Assembly (NCBI GenBank): GCA_050951545.1
Contig: JBMNJG010000005.1
Span: forward strand, 195,742-259,741
Source of the DNA: Limnochordia bacterium
GTDB taxonomy: Bacteria; Bacillota; Limnochordia; DTU080
Direction: 5' to 3'
Length of the DNA stretch: 64,000 nt
In this document: positions 9,807-20,205 of the stretch, in pieces
Numbering within the stretch: the first letter of the stretch is position 1
Layout: every line of letters begins with the position of its first letter
Position numbers and translations under genes: made by a program
Notes under the pieces: model-generated
Database searches by the model: none
What the model saw: the letters and a program-made list of their open reading frames with translations, nothing else
Told to the model about the DNA's origin: nothing

Positions 9807-11345
9807 TCAGTCAAGAAAAAGCTGCTCACACAGATCATCGTACTCGCCCCCGAGCTCACCGAGGTTCTCGTAGAGCTCAAGACGCTCCACGATGAAACGG
9901 CGCAGTCGGTAGACGAGTTCTGCAAAGCGAGCGTCCGTAATACGTCCTTGTGCTTCCTGATAGCGATAGAAGTCCCGCAGGTCTAGGGGGAATGACTTGG
10001 CGTCTGACTTCGAGTTGGGGAAACGTCGAATGTAGGTCCAGAAGAAAAAGGACTCCAACGCCCCCTCATCCACGTCCAGAAGATGCCCGGGCACCTCAGG
10101 CTCATGGCTTTGACTCTGCAGGTAACTAGCGAAGAGCAAAAGGTGGTTGATCTTCCTACGGTGAAGGGTATCGCTGATGCCTTGCTTTTCCAGCTCGGCG
10201 TCCCATTCCGCAATGAGCTCCTCATGCGTTGGCTTGAAAAGCAGTCGAACCACACCGCGTCTCTCGCTCGGAAGCACTGTCCCGTCCTCTCGCAAGCCCA
10301 GTCGTCCTGCCTCTTTAGCCCGCGCCTGCCGCAATCTCTCGGGATGCTCCATGATCGCCTCGTACTGCTGGCGCTCCCATGCGCCAGACCTAGCGACTAC
10401 CTCGTCGTGCCGTCGCGTGCGCTTGGTGTACGCAGGTCCATCAGGGTGGGCAATCGCCCACCCTTCAAAGAGTGATTCCTCATCTCTGATGAGTCTCATG
10501 CGAGTGTCTGACCATACGACTCTAGAGAGTTCCGAGCCAGGAGTCTGACCCAACTCGGGACACTGAGCGTATGCCTCCAGATACAATGACGACAGCGGTA
10601 CAGCGTATGCCATAGGTAGACGGGAGACGAAGAAATCGGCCAGGATCCTGTCCTCGGCCTCCATGCTTGCCGGATCATCGCTCCCCGGAAGGCGGAGAGA
10701 AACCACCAGTGCACCGCCCTGTTGATCCCACCGGACGATAAGGTCACCGATGTAGCCCGATTCACTCACAGGAAGCTTGTCAAGGTCTAGAGGAGTAAGG
10801 TCAATCACTCCCATGTCAAACCTGTCGAGGTCATGCATCGACAAAATGTCCTCATCCGAGAGGCGTGCGACCAACCGTTGGCTTAGCCGGCTCTGCTCAT
10901 GCAAGGTAGCCCTTAGGCTGCCTGCAAGAGAGCGATCGTCTTCGGGAGTGCTCACGTCTGACCAGAAGAGCGTCCTAAGCGGATCCCCCTCTTCGGTCTG
11001 CAGGGGAGGGTAGTTAAGAGCTTGGTAGAACGGCTCCAGACGGGTCTTCTTCAAGGCAGCCCGGTCGATGTCCATATGATAGATGACGCCATCGCTGATG
11101 GTCACACGAAAAGCCTTACCATCTAGGACAACGCGGGCAGGACCATAGACTTCTTCGCCACACCGTATGATCCCCGGCTCTTGCGCCAAGACCTCGCTCA
11201 CAAACCGAGGTGTATTCTTGGTAATCGGCCTGCCGGTTCGACTGGCCACCTCCTGGACAATAGTCCTAAGCGAAAGGGGCCTCGTCATCCCTAGTGCAAT
11301 CCCTGAAGCAGCTGCGTGTATGGTGGGTCTTCCCATGTCAAACAC
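9807..11345 (-). CDS. Hypothetical protein (512 aa), no recognisable domain; co-operonic with the FAD oxidoreductase and CE7 esterase
   Basis: Long ORF with coding-like composition, 35-nt and 90-nt gaps to flanking same-strand genes. Acidic, coiled-coil-rich, no TM segments. Confidence 0.55.
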   Translation of the reverse strand: MFDMGRPTIHAAASGIALGMTRPLSLRTIVQEVASRTGRPITKNTPRFVSEVLAQEPGIIRCGEEVYGPARVVLDGKAFRVTISDGVIYHMDIDRAALKKTRLEPFYQALNYPPLQTEEGDPLRTLFWSDVSTPEDDRSLAGSLRATLHEQSRLSQRLVARLSDEDILSMHDLDRFDMGVIDLTPLDLDKLPVSESGYIGDLIVRWDQQGGALVVSLRLPGSDDPASMEAEDRILADFFVSRLPMAYAVPLSSLYLEAYAQCPELGQTPGSELSRVVWSDTRMRLIRDEESLFEGWAIAHPDGPAYTKRTRRHDEVVARSGAWERQQYEAIMEHPERLRQARAKEAGRLGLREDGTVLPSERRGVVRLLFKPTHEELIAEWDAELEKQGISDTLHRRKINHLLLFASYLQSQSHEPEVPGHLLDVDEGALESFFFWTYIRRFPNSKSDAKSFPLDLRDFYRYQEAQGRITDARFAELVYRLRRFIVERLELYENLGELGGEYDDLCEQLFLD

Positions 11346-11435
11346 CCCTTGTCAGCAACCCGTTGCCACCACGGCAGGGCCACCCCGGCCGCATAGCAAC
11401 GCTGAAACGCCTTTGATCCCTGCCCTGCAGCGTGT

Positions 11436-12668
11436 TCACTGCTCTTTGTGCTTGGACCACTGCACGTTATGTGGCTCAACCTCCAGGCGGGCCTGCACCG
11501 CCGCCACATCAGTCTCCCGGGGCATGCGGTTGGTTGCGGCCGCCTGGGCAGCAGCTATACCTGCTGCCTGGCCTATCGAGCTCACCGTAACCATGACACG
11601 AAAACCCGACATGGCAATATGCGTTGCGGACAGACAGCGGCCAGCGACCAAGAGCCCATCTATACTGATCGGTACCAAGGCCCGGTAGGGAATATCGTAC
11701 ATCGGTGAACGGCCGTAGAAGATCTTCTTGCGATCCGGCTCCCAGCTATCAAGACCGCGGGACGACGAACTGATGGCATCTGCAAAGCGCCGCCCTTCAT
11801 TGCAGTCGTTCTCGGTGACGATTACCTCACCGACAATGCGGCGAGATTCCCTAATACCTAGCCTGGGCGCCACCCAGGTCACGGCGAAGCCATTCTCCTC
11901 CAAAGTGGCCCAGTTGGGCAGCATTGCTTCCCAAGCTGCTTTTTCTGCTCGGGCTAGAGCTTCGGCATCGGTCGTGTCTTCACACTCTACCTTGCATCCC
12001 CAATGCAGGTATTCGCCGAAGCCAATATCTCGATTGTAGTCAAAATCGGGAACGTAAGTCGAACAGGGATCGAGCCGACGGCTCCTATACATCCAGGTAC
12101 ATTGCTGCACCCTGGAATCTGCCACCTCGGGAGCGTGCGGTTCATTGAACTCCGACCGCGCTTCGCGTCCATAGCGACACTCTGCGCCTGATGCAACTGC
12201 GATGTCAGCATCGCCCGAACAGTCGATAACGACATGAGCCTTGATCTTGCGTTGGACGTAGCCATGATCTCGCCCCGCGCGGGTCTGAGCGACCACCCCT
12301 GTCACCCTATCGCCCGCTTGGATCACATCGATACCCGTCGTGTGGGGCAAGACAGTCAGATTAGCCTCATGGGCAGCTATCATGCTGCAAGCATGGGCAT
12401 ACCAGTGGCTTGAAAACTCCGAACGCTTGTGCCTAAACGTGTAGTCTTTCCGTGTAAGGATGTTACGTATCTCTTGGTTGACGCCGCAGACGATCCCTGG
12501 GCTGAAGCCCTGCACCCCATAGTCGACAGCCGCACCGCCCAACACGGCATCCTCTTCGAGCAAGAGGACGCGAGCACCCTCGCGCGCCGCTGAAATTGCG
12601 GCACCAAAACCACTGGGCCCTCCGCCTACGACAACAACATCGGCGCGCAACGTATCCATTGCATCCAC
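11436..12668 (-). CDS. FAD-dependent oxidoreductase (FAD_oxidored / HI0933-like family)
   Basis: N-terminal Rossmann dinucleotide motif VVVVGGGPSGFGAAISAAREGARVLLLEE. Confidence 0.75.
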   Translation of the reverse strand: MDAMDTLRADVVVVGGGPSGFGAAISAAREGARVLLLEEDAVLGGAAVDYGVQGFSPGIVCGVNQEIRNILTRKDYTFRHKRSEFSSHWYAHACSMIAAHEANLTVLPHTTGIDVIQAGDRVTGVVAQTRAGRDHGYVQRKIKAHVVIDCSGDADIAVASGAECRYGREARSEFNEPHAPEVADSRVQQCTWMYRSRRLDPCSTYVPDFDYNRDIGFGEYLHWGCKVECEDTTDAEALARAEKAAWEAMLPNWATLEENGFAVTWVAPRLGIRESRRIVGEVIVTENDCNEGRRFADAISSSSRGLDSWEPDRKKIFYGRSPMYDIPYRALVPISIDGLLVAGRCLSATHIAMSGFRVMVTVSSIGQAAGIAAAQAAATNRMPRETDVAAVQARLEVEPHNVQWSKHKEQ

Positions 12669-12799
12669 TCCTGACTATAGCGCAAGTCACAAATGGTCTT
12701 GCCGAGGGTCACTATAGCTATCATAAATTGCCTTTGCTGGAAAGGCAAGCCTTCTCACCGCGCCAGAGACGGGGGAAGGGGGCGGGTTGCCCCCCCGCC

Positions 12800-14146
12800 C
12801 TACACACCCTCAGCGAGCAACGCCTGCGCCTGTTCGTGAATCCGCTGAACTGCTGCTTCGGGAGATAACTGCCCTTTCCACACCTGACCAGTGACGCTAC
12901 TCACCAGAGACTCTAGACGCGCATCCTGGTACACATACGGAGCATAGCTTGCTGGATCAAACCCCGTGTCAACAAAGGCCATCCAGTTTTCGGGCAGTAA
13001 GTCCATGACCTTCGGGTACTGCAGCATGGCTTGGCGAAGGGAGGGCATCCGACCCGTGACCTTCGTGAACTCTAGCTGGCTATTCACGTTTCCCGCGATG
13101 AACTTAACCCACCCCCAAGCCGCTTCGCGATGCTTACTGCTAGCCAAGACCTGGAAGCCATCGGGATTCACGCGCGCAGCTCTGCTGGCCTCACCCTTCG
13201 GTTGAGAGGCGATGTCCCAGTTGAAGCTGACGTTGCGAAGGTAGGTGTTGATAACCCCGGGACCATAGGCGAGTGTCATGGCGGCTTTCTCATTCCACAC
13301 CGTGTAGGAGCCACCCAGCGAGTCCACCTTATTCACGGCCATGAGGTCGTGCAACCAAGTCATTGCCTTGAGAACCTCGGGTGTGTTAAAGAAGCTCTTC
13401 GTTGGGAAGACCAAGCGATCCCAGATCTTGCCGCCTGCCTGATGTACGTGCATCTCCCAGCGCCAGTTCTGGCGATAGGTGCCGTAGATATCAGTCACTC
13501 CATCCCCGTTCGTGTCCGTAGTCAATCGCTTTGCGCTCCTGGAAAACGCATCCCAATCCCATTTCTCGCCTAACTGGGAAGGCGTAAGCAACCCCATCTG
13601 AGAGAACATGTCTGCATTAAAGAAGGTGACCATGGGGTAGATGCTGATGGGAAAACCCCACATCATCCCGTTGGGAGCCTTCACTCCCTCCACTGCGGCA
13701 GGGGGCATCTGATTGACCGGAATGTTGTCGCGCTCAATGTAGGGCCGCAGATCCACAAATACGCCCTGCGAGGCAAACGGCCCGGCGATAGCGGGATGGC
13801 CGTCTGTCACGTCTGGCGCCACCCCCCCTGCTAGCATCGATGTCAACTTAGGTTTCCATTCCGCATTGCTACCAGTGACCAGAAAGCTGACCTTGACTCC
13901 TGTCTCTGCCTCGAATCTGGGAGCCATCGTCTCCAGGTACTCAAGCCACTCCCGGCCATGCCCACTGTAGGTAAAGTGCGTGATCTCTACGCTCGCAGCG
14001 ACAGCCATCGCTAGCCCACCTATCGTGACCAGCAACACCCCTACACAAACGATCCATCGTCTTGCCAATACGTGAGCGCTGCCCATGCTTGCGACCTCCT
14101 GTTCGCACCTCGGATGAGGCACAGATATAGTCTGATCCTTCAGCAT
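12800..14146 (-). CDS. ABC transporter extracellular solute-binding protein, family 1 (sugar)
   Basis: Signal/TM anchor followed by SBP_bac_1-like fold (periplasmic sugar-binding); orphan, with no permease genes adjacent. Confidence 0.7.
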   Translation of the reverse strand: MLKDQTISVPHPRCEQEVASMGSAHVLARRWIVCVGVLLVTIGGLAMAVAASVEITHFTYSGHGREWLEYLETMAPRFEAETGVKVSFLVTGSNAEWKPKLTSMLAGGVAPDVTDGHPAIAGPFASQGVFVDLRPYIERDNIPVNQMPPAAVEGVKAPNGMMWGFPISIYPMVTFFNADMFSQMGLLTPSQLGEKWDWDAFSRSAKRLTTDTNGDGVTDIYGTYRQNWRWEMHVHQAGGKIWDRLVFPTKSFFNTPEVLKAMTWLHDLMAVNKVDSLGGSYTVWNEKAAMTLAYGPGVINTYLRNVSFNWDIASQPKGEASRAARVNPDGFQVLASSKHREAAWGWVKFIAGNVNSQLEFTKVTGRMPSLRQAMLQYPKVMDLLPENWMAFVDTGFDPASYAPYVYQDARLESLVSSVTGQVWKGQLSPEAAVQRIHEQAQALLAEGV

Positions 14147-14207
14147 GTGCGGCGGGCTATCCTCCCCATGTGGGTTGCCATCGCGTGCGGATAAGCCCCC
14201 AGCCAGC

Positions 14208-17200
14208 CTACCGCACAGTGAAGTAGACGCACTGTGGATGATGGAAAACGATCGCGCTGATCGAAGCTGCGGGATCCATCATTAGGGTCTCCGTGAGCTC
14301 AACCCCGATCTCTTCTGGCTGAAGTAGACGAAAGAGGTCCTTCTGCAAAGCGAGATCTGGACAGGCGGCATGGCCAAAGGAGTACCTACGTCCCCGGTAA
14401 TGCCCCTGCAAGATCCGCTGTGTGGGTAGTGCCGGGTCATCTGGAAATCCCCACCAGCCGCGCATTCGGGCGTGTAGCCACTCCGCCGCTGCCTCTGCGG
14501 TCTCGATGGCCAGCGCCTGAAGTACATGACTGCGAAGGTAGTCCCCCTGCTCTTTGAGCCTCTCCGCCTCACGGGCGATCCCATGGCCGGCGGTAACCAC
14601 GAAAAGGCACACACTGTCGCGGCTGTCACTCGTAACTGGTAGGGTGTAATCAGCCAAACACAAGCCCCGCTTGGCGTGCTGACGGGGAAACACCCACTCT
14701 GCGAGTACATCCCCGTTTTCAGGATGATACAGAATCAGGCAATCGCCTCTGCTAGCAGCGGGGAAATACTGCCAGACCGCACTGGCCCGCATCAACCCCT
14801 GGCGGCACTCGGCCTGCACCTCCTCAACCAACGCCCGCAGCATGTGGGCCCGCTCATCTTGGGCAGCCCAAGCCCGGTGCACTGGTGTCTTCAGCCCTAA
14901 GTGATGATTGTAGAGACTAATTGGATTCATGTAACCCCAGACACTATCCAGGTCGATGGCGGTCAACACATGTCTGTCGAAATCGGCCGGCTCGGGCACC
15001 GCGCTCGGCATGGATACTGCAGAAAGCTGCTGTGGTGCCGCGGCTGTGAACTCCCTACTCCCTAATGGCGACAGCTGAGCCGCCTCTTGCACCAACTGAT
15101 CCACCAACACCTGGCGCTGGTCAGAATCCATAATCTGGTTGGCCAGCGCCAAACCATGCATCACATCGCTGGCGTAGGCAACCAGACCCCCATAGGCAGG
15201 AGCGATCCTCTTGTGGGTAAAGCTCTGAGTGAGCGCCGCTCCGCCAACCAGCATCGGCGGACACAGGCCTGCTCGTGTGAGCTCCTCTGCGGTCACTACC
15301 ATCTGTTGCGCCGATCGCACTAAGAGCCCCGACAGGCCTATAAGGTCCGGTTGGTGCTCCCGAACCGCTTTGACGAGCTCCGCTGGTGCCACCTTCGTCC
15401 CGAGATCGATGATGCGGTAGCCACTGTTTCCGAGAACCATTTCCACCAGATTCTTGCCGATATCATGCACGTCTCCCTGTACGGTAGCCAGGATCACGGT
15501 TCCCTTGGTCATCAGAGCCGTCTGATCGATGCGAGACTCCAGATAGGCGACGGCGGCCTTCATGACCTCCGCGCTCTGCAACACCTCGGTAACGATCAGC
15601 TCATTGCGGTTAAACAACCGCCCGACTTCATTCATGCCCTCCATCAAAGGTCCGTTGACGATCTCAAGGGGCGATGCCTCCTCAAGCTTCAGAGCCAGAT
15701 CATCAACCAGCCCATTCTTGCTACCCTCAACGACATGCCTGGTCAGTCGCTCATCAAGGCTGAGTTGTGGGGTCGGAGGCGCCGTGCTCCTGACGTCCCG
15801 ATAGTGCGCAGCAAACGTGCCGATTGTCTCGTCATCCGGACAAAAGAGCACCTTGAGTGCCAGGTCTCTCTCACGGGCGGAAAGACTTGCATAGCGCCTC
15901 AGTCGTTCGGTGTTCACAATGGCCAGGTCAAGACCCGCTTCCGTACACTCGTAGAGGAACACAGAGTTCAGCACTTCACGCGCTCCAGGGGGTAGACCAA
16001 ACGACACGTTACTTATCCCGAGCAGCGTCTTGCATGTCGGCAGAGCCTTCTTGATCAGGCGTAGCCCCTCAATTGTTTCCCGTACCGAGCCGACGTACTC
16101 CTTATCACCGGTGGCACACGGGAACACCAAGGGGTCCATAATGATGTCCGTGGGCCGCATGCCGTACTTCACCACTAAGATCTCGTAGGCGCGCAGAGCG
16201 ATCTCCAACTTGCGCTGCCGAGATACGGCCATGCCGCCTTCGTCAATCAGCCCCACGACCAGGGCAGCCCCGTAGCGCCGGACAAGCGGAACCACCTCGT
16301 CAATGCGACGCTCGCCGGCCTCCAGATTCACCGAGTTGATAATTGCTTTCCCCTGACAGAACGTCAATGCAGGCTCAATCACCCGAGGGTCCGTGGAGTC
16401 GATCATGAGGGGCGCCCTCACCTGGCGAATGACATTGGAGAGAAGAGCCTCCATATCCTGACGCTCATCGCGGTCAGGATCACTCACGCAGATATCGAGG
16501 ATCTGGGCTCCGCTGCGCTCCTGCCGCCGCGCCACTTCAGCTGCTTCCTCGTACTGGGCCTCGTGAATCAGACGGCGGAACTGACGCGAACCGATTACAT
16601 TGGCCCGCTCACCAACCAGCACGGGCCGGTTACTCTCGCCGATCTCCAGATTGTCGATCCCGGAGACGAAAGTTGCAGTGATAGCCTTTGGGGTGCGTGG
16701 CGAGTAACCACTCACTGTCTCGACCAGAGCCCGAATGTGCTCCGAAGTCGTGCCGCAGCACCCGCCCACGACGTTGAGCCAGCCTTGCTGAGCAAAGCGT
16801 TCAACCGCTCTCGCCATATGATGAGGCGTCTCGCCATAGTGTCCGTCCTCATCAGGCATTCCCGCATTGGGCACACACGCCACCGCCACCGCGGCCCGCT
16901 CAGCCATCACTCGCAAGTGATCTGCCATCTGCTCCGGCCCGGTGGCGCAGTTGAGCCCGAGATACAGCAGATCTACATGCTCGAGACTTGTGATCAAGGC
17001 CTCCATATCTTGGCCAGCCAGCATGGTCCCCCCAGGCTCGATGGTGACCGAGACGGCTACCGGAATAGGCCTGCCCCACTCCTGGGAGAGCTGCTCGATG
17101 CCCACCAACCCCGCCTTTATATTCCGCGTGTCTTGGCATGTCTCTAATAGAAGATAGTCAACGCCCCCATCAACCAGAGCTCGTGCCTGTTCCCGGAAAG

Positions 17201-17648
17201 CACGAACAAGCTGATCGAAACGAACCCCCCCTGTTACGGAGATAGCCTTGGTGGTTGGCCCCATAGACCCTGCTACAAAGCGAAGCTTGCCCGATGTGCT
17301 GTAGCGATCAGCCGCTTTTCGAGCGAGCCTGGCTGCTTCATAGGTAAGGGCGTAGGCTTGATCTGCGAGCTCGTACTCCGCCAAGACGAGGGAGCTGGAT
17401 CCGAAGCTGTTGGTCTCGATGATATCAGCGCCTGCCCGCAGATAGCCCTCATGGATGGCCAGGATCACATCGGAGCGAGTTCTGACCAAGTGCTCGTGGC
17501 ACCCCTCGTAGCGAGGGTCTCCAAAATCAGCGGCAGACAGGCCTCGTTGCTGAATCGCAGTGCCCATGGCCCCGTCGAGAACCAAGATCCGTTCCTGCAG
17601 CGCCCGACGAAAACGCTCGACCCGGTGATCCTGACTCGCCATGCTCAT
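14208..17648 (-). CDS. metH: Cobalamin-dependent methionine synthase
   Basis: 1146 aa with homocysteine S-methyltransferase barrel, pterin-binding, B12-binding (DxHxxG) and AdoMet activation domains. Start overlaps the upstream gene by 4 nt. Confidence 0.9.
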   Translation of the reverse strand: MSMASQDHRVERFRRALQERILVLDGAMGTAIQQRGLSAADFGDPRYEGCHEHLVRTRSDVILAIHEGYLRAGADIIETNSFGSSSLVLAEYELADQAYALTYEAARLARKAADRYSTSGKLRFVAGSMGPTTKAISVTGGVRFDQLVRAFREQARALVDGGVDYLLLETCQDTRNIKAGLVGIEQLSQEWGRPIPVAVSVTIEPGGTMLAGQDMEALITSLEHVDLLYLGLNCATGPEQMADHLRVMAERAAVAVACVPNAGMPDEDGHYGETPHHMARAVERFAQQGWLNVVGGCCGTTSEHIRALVETVSGYSPRTPKAITATFVSGIDNLEIGESNRPVLVGERANVIGSRQFRRLIHEAQYEEAAEVARRQERSGAQILDICVSDPDRDERQDMEALLSNVIRQVRAPLMIDSTDPRVIEPALTFCQGKAIINSVNLEAGERRIDEVVPLVRRYGAALVVGLIDEGGMAVSRQRKLEIALRAYEILVVKYGMRPTDIIMDPLVFPCATGDKEYVGSVRETIEGLRLIKKALPTCKTLLGISNVSFGLPPGAREVLNSVFLYECTEAGLDLAIVNTERLRRYASLSARERDLALKVLFCPDDETIGTFAAHYRDVRSTAPPTPQLSLDERLTRHVVEGSKNGLVDDLALKLEEASPLEIVNGPLMEGMNEVGRLFNRNELIVTEVLQSAEVMKAAVAYLESRIDQTALMTKGTVILATVQGDVHDIGKNLVEMVLGNSGYRIIDLGTKVAPAELVKAVREHQPDLIGLSGLLVRSAQQMVVTAEELTRAGLCPPMLVGGAALTQSFTHKRIAPAYGGLVAYASDVMHGLALANQIMDSDQRQVLVDQLVQEAAQLSPLGSREFTAAAPQQLSAVSMPSAVPEPADFDRHVLTAIDLDSVWGYMNPISLYNHHLGLKTPVHRAWAAQDERAHMLRALVEEVQAECRQGLMRASAVWQYFPAASRGDCLILYHPENGDVLAEWVFPRQHAKRGLCLADYTLPVTSDSRDSVCLFVVTAGHGIAREAERLKEQGDYLRSHVLQALAIETAEAAAEWLHARMRGWWGFPDDPALPTQRILQGHYRGRRYSFGHAACPDLALQKDLFRLLQPEEIGVELTETLMMDPAASISAIVFHHPQCVYFTVR

Positions 17649-19696
17649 TTGCCCACCTCATCGCCTGATGACCGTACGTGCTGACGAACCTGCTCCACGA
17701 ACGTGCAGATAGGCTCATGCTTGCCAAAAGAGAGCACCACGTAGATCCCGGCAATAAGCGAGCTGGCCTGCGTCACGAGTTCAGCGGCTTGCGTGAGGCC
17801 GACCCTGAGTCCATCGTCCCCGGCGAGTTCAAGCTCGCGGCGGATGGCCTCCGGCACAGTGATCCCGGGGACCTCATTGTGAAGGTAGACCGCATGCCTG
17901 TAGCTGTGGAGAGGCATCACTCCCAGCAAGATAGGCACATCGCAGCCCCCAATCTCATCCAAGACCCGATGCAACGGGGCCAGATCATAGACGGGTTGCG
18001 TCATCACAAACTGAGCCCCGGCTGCCAACTTCCGGCGAAAACGATCTGTCTCACGCGCCAGATCGTCAGCGTTCGGGTTCAGAGCACAGCCTACTGCGAA
18101 GTCCGTGGCCTGCCCAGTCGGGTTGCTAAGCAGGTCACGTCCAGCGTTGAGTTCGGTAAGCACACGGATAAGACCGATGGCGTCCACATCATATACCGGC
18201 GTTGCCTGCGTGACATTGCCCAACGATGGCGGATCGCCAGTCAACGCCAGTATATTGCGCAACCCCAAAGCATGGGCGCCCAGCAAATCGGATTGCAGCC
18301 CCATCAGATTGCGGTCCCGCGTTGTCAGATGCACAATGGTTTCCACGCCAACTCCATGCTCAATGAGATGCGCACTGGCCATGGCGCCCATCCGCACCCG
18401 GGCCATCGGACTATCTGCCACATTGATGCAGTCAACACTAGCAGCCTTGAGCGCTGTGGCAGCTTCGAGGAACTTCTTGGTCACCGAACCCTTGGGAGGA
18501 TCCAACTCGACACTGATGACAAACTCACGGCCTAGGTTGGCCCGCAACCCTCGATCAGCTGCCCGGGGAGTAGCTTCCGTAACCTCCTCCACAGGACGAA
18601 CCCGCGGGCGAAGAGGGCTCGTACCCTGACCAGCGGGGGCTGCCATCTTCCTCTCCAACTTGACGCTTGGCGATACGGCCTTCGACGCCCCGACTGCGTC
18701 GCCGTTGGTGCTGTTGGTTTGCCGCGCGTCGAGATACTCTCTCATGGCTGCGATGTGCTCCGGTGTCGTGCCGCAGCAGCCGCCAATCAAGCGTACACCC
18801 CGACTGATGAACCCCTCCATCATCGCTGCGAAGTACTCCGGTGTGGCTGAGTAGAGCACGCGGCCGTCTACGTATGCTGGCAGACCAGCGTTGGGCATGG
18901 CAGACCACATGACAGGGAACGTGATGCTTTCCTGCAGCGTCTCCAATGCCTCCACCACGTGGACAGGACCGCTGCTGCAGTTGACACCGATCACATCAGG
19001 GTAGGCCGCAGGATCCAAGTCGTTTAGGGCGGCCGCCACGCCCTGCGGCGTATACCCAGCGGCGGTGGCCTGCCTCACACCATTACCCAGACCCGGCAGA
19101 TTACGGGGAGCACCATCTGGCCAGAAGGCGAATTGCACAACGATGGGCAGTTTGGAGATCTCACGAGCAGCTCGAATGGCCTCACTCGCCTCCACGGGAT
19201 CTGCCATAGTCTCGATAACGAAAAGATCGACACCACCGGCAAGCAAAGCCTCCATCTGTTCTCGGAAAAGAGCGCGCATCTCTCGCCGTCCCATTGTGCC
19301 CGCTACGCCAATTGGTAAACCTAGAGAGCCCACTGATCCCGCCACCAGGGCGGCCTCACCAGCTATCTCGCGCGCTGCTCGAGCAATCTTAGCACCCCAC
19401 ACATTGATATCCCACACCCGCTCCTCCTGACCGCATTTCTGCAGTCTGATCCGGTTAGCACCATAGGTGTTGGTCTCAATCAAGGATGCTCCGGCCTGCA
19501 GATAGTCCAGATGCGCCTTCTGGACTATCTCCCGATCTGATAGATTCAGACACTCAAAGGATCTCGCCGCCCGGTCACCTCGCTCGTGAAGCAAGGAACC
19601 CATGCCGCCATCAGCCAACAAGACCTCCCCCTGCAGACGTGAGAGGAATGCGCGCACAGCGGAAGGGACATCCGCTCTGCCAGTAAGTGGAGCCAT
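17645..19696 (-). CDS. yitJ: Bifunctional homocysteine S-methyltransferase / 5,10-methylenetetrahydrofolate reductase (YitJ-like)
   Basis: N-terminal half is an Hcy S-methyltransferase barrel (GGCCGTTPEHI). C-terminal half is an MTHFR TIM barrel (FVISVELDPPKG...HLTTRD...ALTGDPP). Confidence 0.85.
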   Translation of the reverse strand: MAPLTGRADVPSAVRAFLSRLQGEVLLADGGMGSLLHERGDRAARSFECLNLSDREIVQKAHLDYLQAGASLIETNTYGANRIRLQKCGQEERVWDINVWGAKIARAAREIAGEAALVAGSVGSLGLPIGVAGTMGRREMRALFREQMEALLAGGVDLFVIETMADPVEASEAIRAAREISKLPIVVQFAFWPDGAPRNLPGLGNGVRQATAAGYTPQGVAAALNDLDPAAYPDVIGVNCSSGPVHVVEALETLQESITFPVMWSAMPNAGLPAYVDGRVLYSATPEYFAAMMEGFISRGVRLIGGCCGTTPEHIAAMREYLDARQTNSTNGDAVGASKAVSPSVKLERKMAAPAGQGTSPLRPRVRPVEEVTEATPRAADRGLRANLGREFVISVELDPPKGSVTKKFLEAATALKAASVDCINVADSPMARVRMGAMASAHLIEHGVGVETIVHLTTRDRNLMGLQSDLLGAHALGLRNILALTGDPPSLGNVTQATPVYDVDAIGLIRVLTELNAGRDLLSNPTGQATDFAVGCALNPNADDLARETDRFRRKLAAGAQFVMTQPVYDLAPLHRVLDEIGGCDVPILLGVMPLHSYRHAVYLHNEVPGITVPEAIRRELELAGDDGLRVGLTQAAELVTQASSLIAGIYVVLSFGKHEPICTFVEQVRQHVRSSGDEVGK

Positions 19697-19964
19697 CTCG
19701 CCAAATCCCTTCTAGTCTTACGGCTTCGTTCACAATGGAATCAGCCTGCGGATAATGATAATGATCAGCCAACTTCAACACCACAGCGGCGATCACCTTT
19801 TCCAGAGCACAGTAGCATCACCAAGAACGAACGTGACCATTCCATGGTGCCCCACAAGAGGCGCAGGGGGTGACCGACACCCGCAATGAGTGGGTTGACT
19901 GCTTCGGGAAGCTGGCCGAGCAGTCGGCTGCCAGCGAAACGCAGGTCTGAAGATCCGGGCAGAC

Positions 19965-20008
19965 AGAACCAGTGAGCATCGACCGCTTCTTACCGAATTG
20001 GGTGATGT
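19965..20008 (+). repeat. Single copy of the about 40-nt core (GCATCG..CTTCTT.CCGAATTGGGTGATGTAACCG) shared with the tandem repeats at 21558..21830
   Basis: Direct comparison with 21569..21608, 21677..21716 and 21781..21820. A downstream GGGCTAGCGC.G.CCTACCC block is also shared with 21860..21885. Confidence 0.6.
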
Positions 20009-20205
20009 AACCGGTGTGTGCACGGGTCTGCTTTGGCAGGACGGCACTGGTCACCGCTGCGGGCTAGCGCTGTCCTACCCAGATGCGCCCATCACGACCG
20101 GAAAACGTGCCATCGCGCCTCGCTTGGAAGAGCTCGGTGCACGCCGCCTCTGGTTTTGTCTGAATCGACCTTTTGGTGAAGGAACCCTACCGGAGAGTGT
20201 CGAAC

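Noticed and set aside
19697-19900. Canonical SAM-I (S-box) riboswitch upstream of yitJ
   Set aside because: Could not find the conserved SAM-I core elements by eye; left only as a generic structured-leader hypothesis.
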